A DNA stretch of 64,000 nt from Candidatus Zambryskiibacteriota bacterium (GTDB taxonomy: Bacteria; Patescibacteriota; Minisyncoccia; Phycocordibacterales; DATDWN01), in assembly GCA_026394775.1 (NCBI GenBank), contig JAPLZY010000008.1, positions 53,367 to 117,366 of the forward strand, in the 5' to 3' direction. Of this stretch, positions 46,945 through 56,567 are shown piece by piece. The notes beneath the pieces are model-generated. The model saw only the letters and a program-made list of their open reading frames with translations. It had not been told where the DNA came from and made no database searches. Each line of letters starts with the position of its first letter. The stretch's first letter is position 1. The position numbers and the translations under genes are program-made.

Positions 46945-48633
46945 ATGACATCAATTAAACAGTGGTTTGTAGGCCATCAATACTGGATTATTCTCGCGGT
47001 GCTGTTTATCTCATTTTTAACACTTCGTCTCCCGGGTCTTGATATTCCGTACCATCAAGACGAATATAAATGGCCACTCTACGCCAACCCTGCAGTGTTT
47101 GCACCAGGGAGTGTGCCACATCCACCGCTTACGGAGTTGATCTATCGTGTAGGAGGTCATGCAATTGGATATGATAATTTCCGAATGATACCCCTGGGTT
47201 TTAGTGTGTTAAATTTTCTTCTTGTTGCATACGCGGGGTATCTAATGTTTGGGAAAAGAGGTTCGTTGTGGATTTCTGGATTATTCACATTTTCTTTTTA
47301 TGGGTTACTTGCGTCACTGACGGTGGATGTTGACGGTGCGGTGATGGTGTTCTTTTTTCTTTCTGCACTCGTTTGCTATTTGAATTTTAAATCAAAAGAG
47401 TATCGCGTCTCAAAAAGTACGATATTTTGGTTACTTGGTTTTATTATTTCAATAGCACTCGGTTTTCTTATAAAGCTTAGTTTTATTATTCCTATCGGAG
47501 TATTCGCAACAGATTTCTTTTTAGAAAAAGGATATTTTAAAAATAAGAAAAAGATACTGTTGTCTCTTGGGTATAGTGTCGTAGGGCTACTTAGTCTTGG
47601 TTTACTCGTGTATCTTTCTCAGTTTTTGTTTCCGTTTTTTAGACTCGGATGGTCAATAGGATATTGGGATACTTTTATTAAATTTTCACACCGCGGATGG
47701 TTTCAGACGGGGATACAGTTTGCAAAAGCGCTGATGTATCTTTCACCTTTTTTAGTACTTGTTCCATTGCTTTCCACGAAAGAGCTGTATAAGCAAAACA
47801 GAATATTCTGGTTGTTTATTGGGTACGGTCTCGTGTTTTACCTTTTTTTGTTTGATTTCTCTATTGGAGCGCTTGATCGATATTTTGCTTTTTTGGTTGT
47901 ACCGCTGTGTTTTATTGTAGGGTCTGTGTTTGCAAAAGAGTCTGAATCTTCAGATGGAAGGGTGGCTATTCAAAAAAGAGACACTGTGTTTATTTTGCTA
48001 CTCAGTTCTATCATCTTCGGTTCTCAGTTTTTGGCACACAGTGTGCCACCACAACACCCAAAGGCCGAATGGATTAATGCAATAACTTCAATGCATTGGA
48101 ACTTCCTCTTTCCGTTTACAGGAGGTTCGGGTCCTACTGGTTTCTATATGTCATTTTTTCTAATTGGTATCACCTGGGTCATTTCGTTTTTATTTGTCTT
48201 GTTTGTTCGCACTAAACCTCGATTTAAAAAGGTCATACTTTTTTTCTTGCTGGTGCTCGGTATTCTTTACAACGGAGTGTTTATAGAAGAGTACGTATAT
48301 GGACGTATTAACGGTAGTCCGTATGGTCTTTTTGCAAACGCAAAGAACTTTATTATTGAAAATAAAGATATTACGCAGGTTGTGGTTTATAATGATATCG
48401 GTGGATATGAAATACGAGAGACAGGGAAATACGCAAGACGTATGTATGCCACCCCGCAGTTTAGTGCAGAATATGAAAAATATTTCTCTACATTTAGCGG
48501 ACACGTGCTCTATATAGATATTCCGCGGATCGGAAAAGATACCATGTATATGAATTATTTTAATACATGTCAGGTGATATATTCTGATACAGACAAAAAC
48601 GTTCACGCCACAATTTACGATTGTAGAAAATAA
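46945..48633 (+). CDS. GT-C family membrane glycosyltransferase (ArnT/PMT-like)
   Basis: More than 12 TM helices. An early loop carries YHQDEYKW (DE motif). Confidence 0.55.
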   Translation: MTSIKQWFVGHQYWIILAVLFISFLTLRLPGLDIPYHQDEYKWPLYANPAVFAPGSVPHPPLTELIYRVGGHAIGYDNFRMIPLGFSVLNFLLVAYAGYLMFGKRGSLWISGLFTFSFYGLLASLTVDVDGAVMVFFFLSALVCYLNFKSKEYRVSKSTIFWLLGFIISIALGFLIKLSFIIPIGVFATDFFLEKGYFKNKKKILLSLGYSVVGLLSLGLLVYLSQFLFPFFRLGWSIGYWDTFIKFSHRGWFQTGIQFAKALMYLSPFLVLVPLLSTKELYKQNRIFWLFIGYGLVFYLFLFDFSIGALDRYFAFLVVPLCFIVGSVFAKESESSDGRVAIQKRDTVFILLLSSIIFGSQFLAHSVPPQHPKAEWINAITSMHWNFLFPFTGGSGPTGFYMSFFLIGITWVISFLFVLFVRTKPRFKKVILFFLLVLGILYNGVFIEEYVYGRINGSPYGLFANAKNFIIENKDITQVVVYNDIGGYEIRETGKYARRMYATPQFSAEYEKYFSTFSGHVLYIDIPRIGKDTMYMNYFNTCQVIYSDTDKNVHATIYDCRK

Positions 48634-48653
48634 TTATTTTTAACGTATCCACC

Positions 48654-49247
48654 ATGAACTATACACAATTTGTAGACGAGAAAATGCATGCAATAAGTAA
48701 AGAAAAAATTATCCTCGATGTGGGTGGGGGAGATAAATTTCAAAAATGGCTCAGTAAGTACAAACCTCTCTTTGAGCATACTGAATATAAAACAATGGAT
48801 TATGATGCGACGACCAACCCTACAATCGTAGGAGATATTCATGCTATCCCGCTTTTGGATGAAAGTGTTGATGCTATTATTTGTAGTTCTGTTCTTGAGC
48901 ATGTAAACAACCCAGTGAAAGCGACCGAAGAGATGTATCGAATTTTAAAGAAAAGGGGAAAACTTTTTATCTATGTACCTTCTATATATCCATACCACGC
49001 ACGTAAAGGTCATTACCCCGATATGTGGAGGTTTTTTGATGATTCGTTGAAGTATCTCTGTCGAGACTTTTCACAAGTTGAGCTCTGTAAATTTGGTGGA
49101 TATTTTAAAGCCTTGGCATTTTTTGTTCCATTCCAGCACAAGCTTCAGTGGTTATTGAAGCCAACTACAAAAGCTCTTGATACTCTTTTTTCTACCACAA
49201 CAAAAAGAAATACAACTGCCGGGTATTTTGTATATGCAATAAAATAA
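48654..49247 (+). CDS. class I SAM-dependent methyltransferase
   Basis: ILDVGGGDKF ... AIICSSVLEHV. Confidence 0.7.
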   Translation: MNYTQFVDEKMHAISKEKIILDVGGGDKFQKWLSKYKPLFEHTEYKTMDYDATTNPTIVGDIHAIPLLDESVDAIICSSVLEHVNNPVKATEEMYRILKKRGKLFIYVPSIYPYHARKGHYPDMWRFFDDSLKYLCRDFSQVELCKFGGYFKALAFFVPFQHKLQWLLKPTTKALDTLFSTTTKRNTTAGYFVYAIK

Positions 49248-49252
49248 TACAT

Positions 49253-50332
49253 ATGGACCAATCTGTTGTTTTTTTCATCAACAATTTAGGGCAAGGTGGA
49301 GCAGAGAGAGTGTTCGTAAATGATGCAAACGCACTTGCAAGACAAGGGTACAATGTTTCTTTCATTATCTTGTATGGAGATATGGATAAAAGCCCGCTTG
49401 CAAAAGACCTTGAGATCGGCTCTTCGCATATCTATTTTATAAACGCAAAAAATATTTTTGATTATCGTGCATATGTGCGGATAGTAAAAATAGTAAAACA
49501 GATTCGGACACGTGTGTTGTACGCAACACTACACGACGCTACATTTGTGGCTCGTGTGGTTGCTTTGTTTTTACCTCGTGTTCGTTTGGTGACGCGAGAA
49601 GCAAATACAACTGAATTTAAATCAGTGTTACATAAAATTTCTGATGCACTCATGAATTGGAGGGTACATTCTCTTGTTGCCGTTTCAGAAGAAGTAAAAA
49701 AGTCGATGCTTTCATATCAGATGTGGTACGCAAATAAAATAGCCATACTTTATAATGGTGTTTCTACACCCACAGTAGACTCAAACTACACTCATGAAAA
49801 AAAGATAATCCTCGCAGTGGGAAGTCTTACCCCGAAGAAAAATTATATGATGCTTTTTGAAGCGTTTGCTCAAGTTCATGCATCATTCCCTGATACTGAG
49901 CTTCGTATCGTAGGCTCTGGTGTGTTGAAAGGAGCGCTTGAAGAGTGGGTACATAAAAACTCACTAGAGGGCGCTATAGTTTTCCTCGGAAGTATGAACC
50001 ATTCTGAAGTGGAAAAACAGTACCAAGAAGCAAGTATTTTTGCGCTTTCTTCTGACCAAGAGGGGTGTCCAAATGTGCTCCTCGAGGCAATGTCTTATGG
50101 CGTGCCTTCTGTGGCTACAGCAGTGGGTGCAGTGCCTGAAATCATAGAAAACGGCATTTCAGGCTTTACAGTGCCTCGCAGGGAGAGTGCCCAGTTTGCT
50201 TCGGCACTAAAAGAACTGCTCACCTTCGAGGAGACTCGAAAACTTTTAGGTACAAACGGTAGAGAACGAGTAAAAAATATTTTTTCAAATGAGGTGCATA
50301 TACAAAAGGTAAAGGATATACTTCATATATGA
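49253..50332 (+). CDS. GT4 family glycosyltransferase
   Basis: SSDQEGCPNVLLEAMSYGVPSVATAVGAVPEII. Confidence 0.8.
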   Translation: MDQSVVFFINNLGQGGAERVFVNDANALARQGYNVSFIILYGDMDKSPLAKDLEIGSSHIYFINAKNIFDYRAYVRIVKIVKQIRTRVLYATLHDATFVARVVALFLPRVRLVTREANTTEFKSVLHKISDALMNWRVHSLVAVSEEVKKSMLSYQMWYANKIAILYNGVSTPTVDSNYTHEKKIILAVGSLTPKKNYMMLFEAFAQVHASFPDTELRIVGSGVLKGALEEWVHKNSLEGAIVFLGSMNHSEVEKQYQEASIFALSSDQEGCPNVLLEAMSYGVPSVATAVGAVPEIIENGISGFTVPRRESAQFASALKELLTFEETRKLLGTNGRERVKNIFSNEVHIQKVKDILHI

Positions 50333-51243
50333 ACAACACTCTCGTAAAACCAGAATGTCATATTTGCAACAGTCGCTCTGATTTTTTTATGAATAAAGAT
50401 CAGCATGATTTGTATCTTTGTCCTACGTGCGACCTTGTGTTTGTGTATCCGCTTGCGACACCAGAGAGTCTTCAGAAAAAATTGTATTCGTACGAATCGG
50501 GCTATCAGTCAAATAGGGTAGAGGACCTTACAGTCAGACCAGAGTATCCTCGCTGTAAGGTAGTGCTCGATTATGCACAAGAACTAAAACCCGCTTCTCA
50601 TTTTCTTGATGTGGGGTGCGGTAACGGCCAGCTTACGTATTGGGCACAAAAAAGAGGTTTTGACGCTGAGGGTGTAGAGGTAAATGAACGAACATCTGAG
50701 TATGCGAAAAGTCAGGGTCTGAAAGTGTTTACAGGTTTTCTTGAAGACGCGCCTTTGGAAAGTGCATCGTTTGATGTGGTTTTTCTAGGTGAGCTTATTG
50801 AACATGTGACAAACCCTCGTCTTATGATAGAGCAGTGTCACAAACTCTTGAATACGAAGGGGATTTTGATCATCACGACACCAAATATTGACTGTTTGTG
50901 GTCCCGTACCACATTGCAGTTTTACTATTGGTTTGGCATTCCGTGGTCTTCGGTCACACCGCCGTATCACCTTCATCAGTTCAATTCGACAAATATGGAT
51001 CTTCTCGTGGAGAAACAAGGTTTTGTTCTTGAACGCGAGTCATATTTAAGAATTCCACCTCTTAAGTATGAAATAGGGATGCTACACCTTCTTAAGCGAT
51101 ACAAAAAAAGTAAAAAAATAAGTGATTGTGTATTTATGCTCTTTTCTTATAGCCTGTACACTCTTACTCATACATTTTTCTTGCTCGCACATCCTTTCAT
51201 GAAAAAAGATTTCCAGATGATAAAGGTATATAAGAAGATATAG
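50329..51243 (+). CDS. SAM-dependent methyltransferase with N-terminal Zn-ribbon
   Basis: CHICNS...CPTCDL, then FLDVGCGNGQL. Confidence 0.7.
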   Translation: MNNTLVKPECHICNSRSDFFMNKDQHDLYLCPTCDLVFVYPLATPESLQKKLYSYESGYQSNRVEDLTVRPEYPRCKVVLDYAQELKPASHFLDVGCGNGQLTYWAQKRGFDAEGVEVNERTSEYAKSQGLKVFTGFLEDAPLESASFDVVFLGELIEHVTNPRLMIEQCHKLLNTKGILIITTPNIDCLWSRTTLQFYYWFGIPWSSVTPPYHLHQFNSTNMDLLVEKQGFVLERESYLRIPPLKYEIGMLHLLKRYKKSKKISDCVFMLFSYSLYTLTHTFFLLAHPFMKKDFQMIKVYKKI

Positions 51244-51246
51244 AGC

Positions 51247-52068
51247 ATGAAAAAACTATCAGATAAAACCTACTGGGACTCTATATATCAAGATATGCCG
51301 GAAAGAACAACACGCCACTCTTTCTCTGCTATCTTCAAAGAAAAGCTCAAGCGTCTTACGCGTGATCATAGTAATTTTGTTATATGGGAAGTGTTAGCTA
51401 AAAAATATCTCCCACACAACCCTTCGTATAAAGTTTTGGAAGTGGGCTGTGCTCCAGGTAAATATCTCATGCATTTTAATACATCATATGGTTACAAACC
51501 CTATGGAGTAGAGTATTCAGAAAAAGGTGTCCAACTGACAAAAGAAAATTTTGTAAAAGCAGGATTAGATACATCAACTATATTGTTTGCAGATTTTTTT
51601 GATACAGAGTTTCAGGAGAAAAATAGAGAACAATACAATGTTGTCTTTTCGAGAGGCTTTATTGAGCATTTTGATAATGTAAAAGAAGTTGTAGACCTGC
51701 ACGCAAACCTTCTTATGTCAGGTGGGACTCTCATGGTGATGATACCAAACCTTAGTGGGATAAATAAAATCCTAGCAAAATATCTAAATAAAAAGTCGTA
51801 CGACCTTCATAATATAAGTATTATGAATAAAGAATCTTTCAACAATCTTTTTCCAGATAAAGAATTTAAAAAAATGTATTGCGATTATGTGGGTCTTTTT
51901 AGTATAGGTCTCTTTAATACTGATGCGGTATGGAAGTATCGCTTGTACCGAGTGCTTCTCGTACTTCAGCGTCCCGTAGACTTTTTCCTTAGAGTACTTT
52001 TTAAAAGTTACAGTTCGCATTTTGCCTCCACGAGTCCGTATTTACTCTGTATCGCACAGAAAAAATAG
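51247..52068 (+). CDS. class I SAM-dependent methyltransferase
   Basis: VLEVGCAPGKYL. Confidence 0.6.
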   Translation: MKKLSDKTYWDSIYQDMPERTTRHSFSAIFKEKLKRLTRDHSNFVIWEVLAKKYLPHNPSYKVLEVGCAPGKYLMHFNTSYGYKPYGVEYSEKGVQLTKENFVKAGLDTSTILFADFFDTEFQEKNREQYNVVFSRGFIEHFDNVKEVVDLHANLLMSGGTLMVMIPNLSGINKILAKYLNKKSYDLHNISIMNKESFNNLFPDKEFKKMYCDYVGLFSIGLFNTDAVWKYRLYRVLLVLQRPVDFFLRVLFKSYSSHFASTSPYLLCIAQKK

Positions 52069-52104
52069 CTCATTGAAAGAGAGTCTTTTGGGTGATACCA
52101 TATA

Positions 52105-53016
52105 TTGTGTATGGAACCTATGAAATCATTCTTTAGACCTCTCTGGAATTCCCCGATTGTCTATCGTGTAAGAGGAGTATTGTTCGATGTTTGCGAAGTC
52201 CTGACAGGCTATAGTGTAGAGAAAAAAAGATTTGAATCCAAAGTGGGCTATGTTCCTAACATACAGCATCCACGAAGTTTTAGTGAACATATTGTGTACA
52301 AAAAACTCTATGACCGCAACCCCTTGTTGGCTGTTGTGTCTGATAAATATGCAGTAAGAGGGTATATAAAAAAAATTCTTGGAGAAGAGGAGTCGAGCAA
52401 GGTTTTAATACCACTTCTCTATGCGACAAGTGATCTGCAAACAATCCCTTTCGACACGCTCTCTGGTGAATACATTATAAAAGCAAACCACAATTCCGGT
52501 CCGCATTTTATTGTTGAGAAAAACCAAATTCCAGACAGGGAACATATTATTTCAAGTCTCGAGAAACAGATTGCAATACCCTATGGCATATTAAAGCATG
52601 AGTGGGCATACAAAAAAATAAAAAATAAAATGGTGGTGGTGGAGCGTCTTCTTCGAGATGAAGACGGTAATATACCAAAAGATTATAAGTTCCATATGGT
52701 GAAAGGCCAGTGTGTTTTTATCCAGGTAGACTTTGACCGTTTTTCTAATCATTCACGAACACTCTATGACAAAGACTGGAACTATCTGCCGGTTACTTTA
52801 AAGTTTCCACAGGGTCCAGAGAAAGAAAGACCGGAGAATTTGGATAAAATGCTCAAACTCGCAACCCTCTTGTCGGCAGGATTTGATTATATACGTATTG
52901 ATCTTTATACTATCAAAGAAGATGTATATTTCGGAGAAATGACACACTATCCTGGCTCAGGGATGGAAAAATTTACACCAGAAGAGTTTGATTTTACACT
53001 CGGAACATATTGGTAG
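52105..53016 (+). CDS. putative ATP-grasp enzyme (TupA-like)
   Basis: YIIKANHNSGPHFIV ... GEMTHYPGSG. Placement within a glycan locus supports the call. The fit is weak. Confidence 0.4.
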   Translation: MCMEPMKSFFRPLWNSPIVYRVRGVLFDVCEVLTGYSVEKKRFESKVGYVPNIQHPRSFSEHIVYKKLYDRNPLLAVVSDKYAVRGYIKKILGEEESSKVLIPLLYATSDLQTIPFDTLSGEYIIKANHNSGPHFIVEKNQIPDREHIISSLEKQIAIPYGILKHEWAYKKIKNKMVVVERLLRDEDGNIPKDYKFHMVKGQCVFIQVDFDRFSNHSRTLYDKDWNYLPVTLKFPQGPEKERPENLDKMLKLATLLSAGFDYIRIDLYTIKEDVYFGEMTHYPGSGMEKFTPEEFDFTLGTYW

Positions 53017-53025
53017 CTTATATAT

Positions 53026-54396
53026 ATGACAGAAAAACATTTTAATCCTCAAGTTTCTTGTGTACAGACGGGCGAGATGTACCCGGATTTTCCGTATGCT
53101 TCAGGTGGAGAATTAGAGAAAAACCTCAGAGATCTTTTAGAAGGTCTCGGCCTTTCAAGAGAAAATCCTTTTTCTTCATATGTAAAACCTGGTCAAACTG
53201 TATTGATCAAACCAAACTGGGTAAGAGATCGAAACCCACTCGGATACGACATATCTTCTCTTATTACCCACACATCTCTGATTAAATACGTAATTGATTT
53301 TTTGCTTGTCGCTATGGAAGGAAAAGGGAAGATAGTGATTGCTGATGCACCGCTTCAAAATTGTAATTTCTCTAACCTTAGAAAAGAAATCCGAATTGAT
53401 GAGTTGGTAGAAAGTGTGCTTAAAAAGTATCCAGATATGGATATTGTCATTGAAGACTGGAGGCTCACTACGATACGTAGTTCAGATACGCATGAACCAA
53501 AGGTTCAAAATTTTAAAGAGAGTTCAGAATACAGACTTGTTGATCTGGGTAAAGAGAGTTTACTTGAAGATGTTTCAAAATATTCAGATAGATTTAGGGT
53601 TACAAAGTATAAAAGAAGTTTGATGGCTCCGCATCATCAAAAGGGTATTCATGAATACTTGGTCTCTCGACGTATTCATGAGGCTGATTTTTTTATAAAT
53701 ATGCCAAAAATGAAGACGCATATTAAGGCAGGTCTTACATGTTCAATGAAGAACTTGGTAGGTATCAATGGTCACAAAGAGTTTTTACCACATCACATCA
53801 AAGGTTCGTATTTTGAAGGAGGAGACAACTACTCTCGCTCAAGCTGGCTTCGTGCTCGCTATGAAGATCTCTATGATTATGTATGGGAAAATATCAATAA
53901 CTTTTCGGTTCTTAAAAGAAAAATATTGATGCGAGCACTTCAGTACCTATGGGCCTTGGCAAATATTGTAGATAAAGAAAATATTTCAGCGGGAAGTTGG
54001 AGAGGGAATGATACTATATGGCGTACTACTCTCGACCTCAACCATATTGCCTATTTTGATGGAGCTAAGCCTCTAAAGATCCTTACTATAGTTGACGGTA
54101 TCATTGCAGGTGAAGGTCAGGGTCCGCTTGAGCCTACACCTAAACCTCTCGGGATTCTTTTGGCAGGAGAAAACCCTGCGTATATCGATGCTGTTGTGGC
54201 GCAGATGATGGGCTTTACTGTTGCCCGAATACCGACCGTATACAACGCTATCTATAACAGGAAATCAAAATTTTCAGATGTCTTTTTGGAAGATTTTAAA
54301 CTCGATTTCAAAGATCAAGAAGGGACTAAAAAAGTAGTGTTTTCTGAGATTCCTGATTTTAATTTTAAAAAGCCTTTGTTTTGGGAAGGGGCTTAA
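53026..54396 (+). CDS. hypothetical protein (DUF362-like)
   Basis: 456 aa, soluble, with GKIVIADAPLQNC. Confidence 0.35.
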   Translation: MTEKHFNPQVSCVQTGEMYPDFPYASGGELEKNLRDLLEGLGLSRENPFSSYVKPGQTVLIKPNWVRDRNPLGYDISSLITHTSLIKYVIDFLLVAMEGKGKIVIADAPLQNCNFSNLRKEIRIDELVESVLKKYPDMDIVIEDWRLTTIRSSDTHEPKVQNFKESSEYRLVDLGKESLLEDVSKYSDRFRVTKYKRSLMAPHHQKGIHEYLVSRRIHEADFFINMPKMKTHIKAGLTCSMKNLVGINGHKEFLPHHIKGSYFEGGDNYSRSSWLRARYEDLYDYVWENINNFSVLKRKILMRALQYLWALANIVDKENISAGSWRGNDTIWRTTLDLNHIAYFDGAKPLKILTIVDGIIAGEGQGPLEPTPKPLGILLAGENPAYIDAVVAQMMGFTVARIPTVYNAIYNRKSKFSDVFLEDFKLDFKDQEGTKKVVFSEIPDFNFKKPLFWEGA

Positions 54397-54410
54397 TATA
54401 GCTTGGCTAC

Positions 54411-55214
54411 ATGAAAATTAGCATTATTATTCCAACGTACAATCGGCCGAACCTTTTGAGTCGAGCACTTGAAAGTGTGTTTGCGCAAAAAGGTGATTTT
54501 GAGATTGTAGTGATCGATGATGCGAGTACGCCAGAAACTAAAAAAGTTGTAGATCTATATTTACAGAAAAGCCCTGTGCCTATGTTTTATATACAGCAGG
54601 AGACAAACAGAGGTGTAAATGCTGCGCGCAATCGAGGGATTAAGGAGGCAGGAGGAGAGTGGATTTTTTGTCTCGATGATGACGATGAACTTCTTTCGGG
54701 AGCAATCGCTTCTGTGTCAGAGAAGATCGATACACTTCCTCTAAACATAGATGTTATGTATTTTAATTCGATTATATACAACGGCACAACATGTGTTGAT
54801 GGAGGCTTTCAGTTTACAGAAGGTGCTCTATTGTATGACCCTACATATGAAGACACCATGACCAAGTTCGGTCTCAAAGGTGACTGCAAGCCAGTGTTTA
54901 GAAAGTCTTTATTCAAAAATCCTCGATACCTATTTCCTGAAACATTAAATGGATTTGAATCGTATACCATGAGTTTGCTTGCTCGAGACAAAAAAGGTAT
55001 TAGATACTTTAAAGAAAAAAGTACGCGTATTCACTTTAATCCAAAAGGAAATCACTTGAGCAATACTGCCCCTCGAAAAAACCCTATTCCTTTGTTTAAA
55101 ATTCACTGTAAACAACTCGGTGAGCATGCTTCTTTTTATCTTACTCATCCTATCTTCTCTCTCAAGAAAATAAAAGTAATGCTCAAGCTTTTAATTCGAG
55201 TTTTCCTCCGCTAA
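54411..55214 (+). CDS. GT2 family glycosyltransferase
   Basis: ISIIIPTYNRPNLL...IVVIDDASTPET...LDDDD. Confidence 0.75.
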   Translation: MKISIIIPTYNRPNLLSRALESVFAQKGDFEIVVIDDASTPETKKVVDLYLQKSPVPMFYIQQETNRGVNAARNRGIKEAGGEWIFCLDDDDELLSGAIASVSEKIDTLPLNIDVMYFNSIIYNGTTCVDGGFQFTEGALLYDPTYEDTMTKFGLKGDCKPVFRKSLFKNPRYLFPETLNGFESYTMSLLARDKKGIRYFKEKSTRIHFNPKGNHLSNTAPRKNPIPLFKIHCKQLGEHASFYLTHPIFSLKKIKVMLKLLIRVFLR

Positions 55215-56504
55215 CTCAGGGGAGTCGGTAAATGTCTCTGCTTTAGACCAGTAAAAAAGTATAGTCACGATAAAGAAAGATAGTGTTCTGCCGATAAGCT
55301 GAGAGTATACGGCACCCCAGAGGCCCCATATGCTAATACAGAGTATATTTAATCCAATCTGGATGGTATTACTTGATACAGTAAAAATATAAAGTTGTTT
55401 ATTGTAGCCCTTAACCTGAAGCGCTGTTTGAGGAAGTATAGATGCGATTGTACAGAGACTCAAAGCAAAAACTTGAGAAAATTTTACCGCATCGATGTAT
55501 TGTTTAAAAAATAGTGAAAATATATATGGTGCAGCAAGAGCATAGAGAGCGCCTACGGCAATAGTGGCTCCAAGTGCAAGTAAAATATATTTAAGCATTC
55601 CTTTTTTAATAGATTCGAGACTTCGTTTTTCAAAACGTGTAAAAATAAGTCGAGAAAAGCCTTTAAAAACACTACGAATTTGTTCAGGTATTGCGATTGC
55701 AAAGAGGTATTGTGCAAGAGGCATACCTCCTATTATTTGGAACACTAGAATTTTATCTATTTGTGAAGCAACAACTCCCAAAAAAGAAAGCGCACTCTGG
55801 TGAAGACCGTAGGATACAAATTCTTTTGCATTAAATTCTTGAAATTTAGTTACAAATTTTTTTATATACACGTATGCACCCGCGTTTAGTAGTATTGTTG
55901 CAGAAAGACTAACAATAATAAGAAGAAGAGGGTAGTCTACAAACCGAGTATCTTTCACTAGCAATAACCATAGTATTAAAGCTACAGAAACACCTGCGTT
56001 TATACTTCCAGCATAGAGAGAAGATTCTCTAAATTTTTGTTGACCATTTAAAAATGAAGCAAAAAAAGTGAGACCATTAATAAGTGGGTAGCTTATCCCG
56101 ATAAGACCAATGCCAAATCCAAGTGTTTGGTTTCCATGTATAAAATAATAGCCTGCAGTTGCAAGGGAGATCAAGGTGAAAGGTATACTCCATATAATAT
56201 TTTTGTTAAAACCAAATGAAAGAGAGTTGTCTGCCCCTTGAGTTGTGTACTTCATTACACTCATGGCAAGGCCAAGTGGTGCAAAGGAACTCAAGAGGGC
56301 AGCGACAGTAAACACATATTTATATTGAGCATATACTTCTGGATTTACCCAGTTTGCAAAAGCAAGTCCCGCTAGAAAAGTGCTTCCAGATGCAAGTATT
56401 TGAAAGACGAGGTTCCATTTGGTCCCGGTATAGAGGTACGGTATGTCTATACCAAATGTGTTTTGTAGTCTTTGGCCGAGTTTGTTTTTTATGTCGAGTA
56501 GCAT
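55191..56504 (-). CDS. polysaccharide flippase (Wzx/MOP-family oligosaccharide flippase)
   Basis: 437 aa with 12-14 TM helices and the typical Wzx topology. Confidence 0.65.
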   Translation of the reverse strand: MLLDIKNKLGQRLQNTFGIDIPYLYTGTKWNLVFQILASGSTFLAGLAFANWVNPEVYAQYKYVFTVAALLSSFAPLGLAMSVMKYTTQGADNSLSFGFNKNIIWSIPFTLISLATAGYYFIHGNQTLGFGIGLIGISYPLINGLTFFASFLNGQQKFRESSLYAGSINAGVSVALILWLLLVKDTRFVDYPLLLIIVSLSATILLNAGAYVYIKKFVTKFQEFNAKEFVSYGLHQSALSFLGVVASQIDKILVFQIIGGMPLAQYLFAIAIPEQIRSVFKGFSRLIFTRFEKRSLESIKKGMLKYILLALGATIAVGALYALAAPYIFSLFFKQYIDAVKFSQVFALSLCTIASILPQTALQVKGYNKQLYIFTVSSNTIQIGLNILCISIWGLWGAVYSQLIGRTLSFFIVTILFYWSKAETFTDSPELAEENSN

Positions 56505-56567
56505 ACGTTGATAGTATCACAGGAGTGACTAGCGATGAAGACATGCCTTTGATACAATACTCCTTAT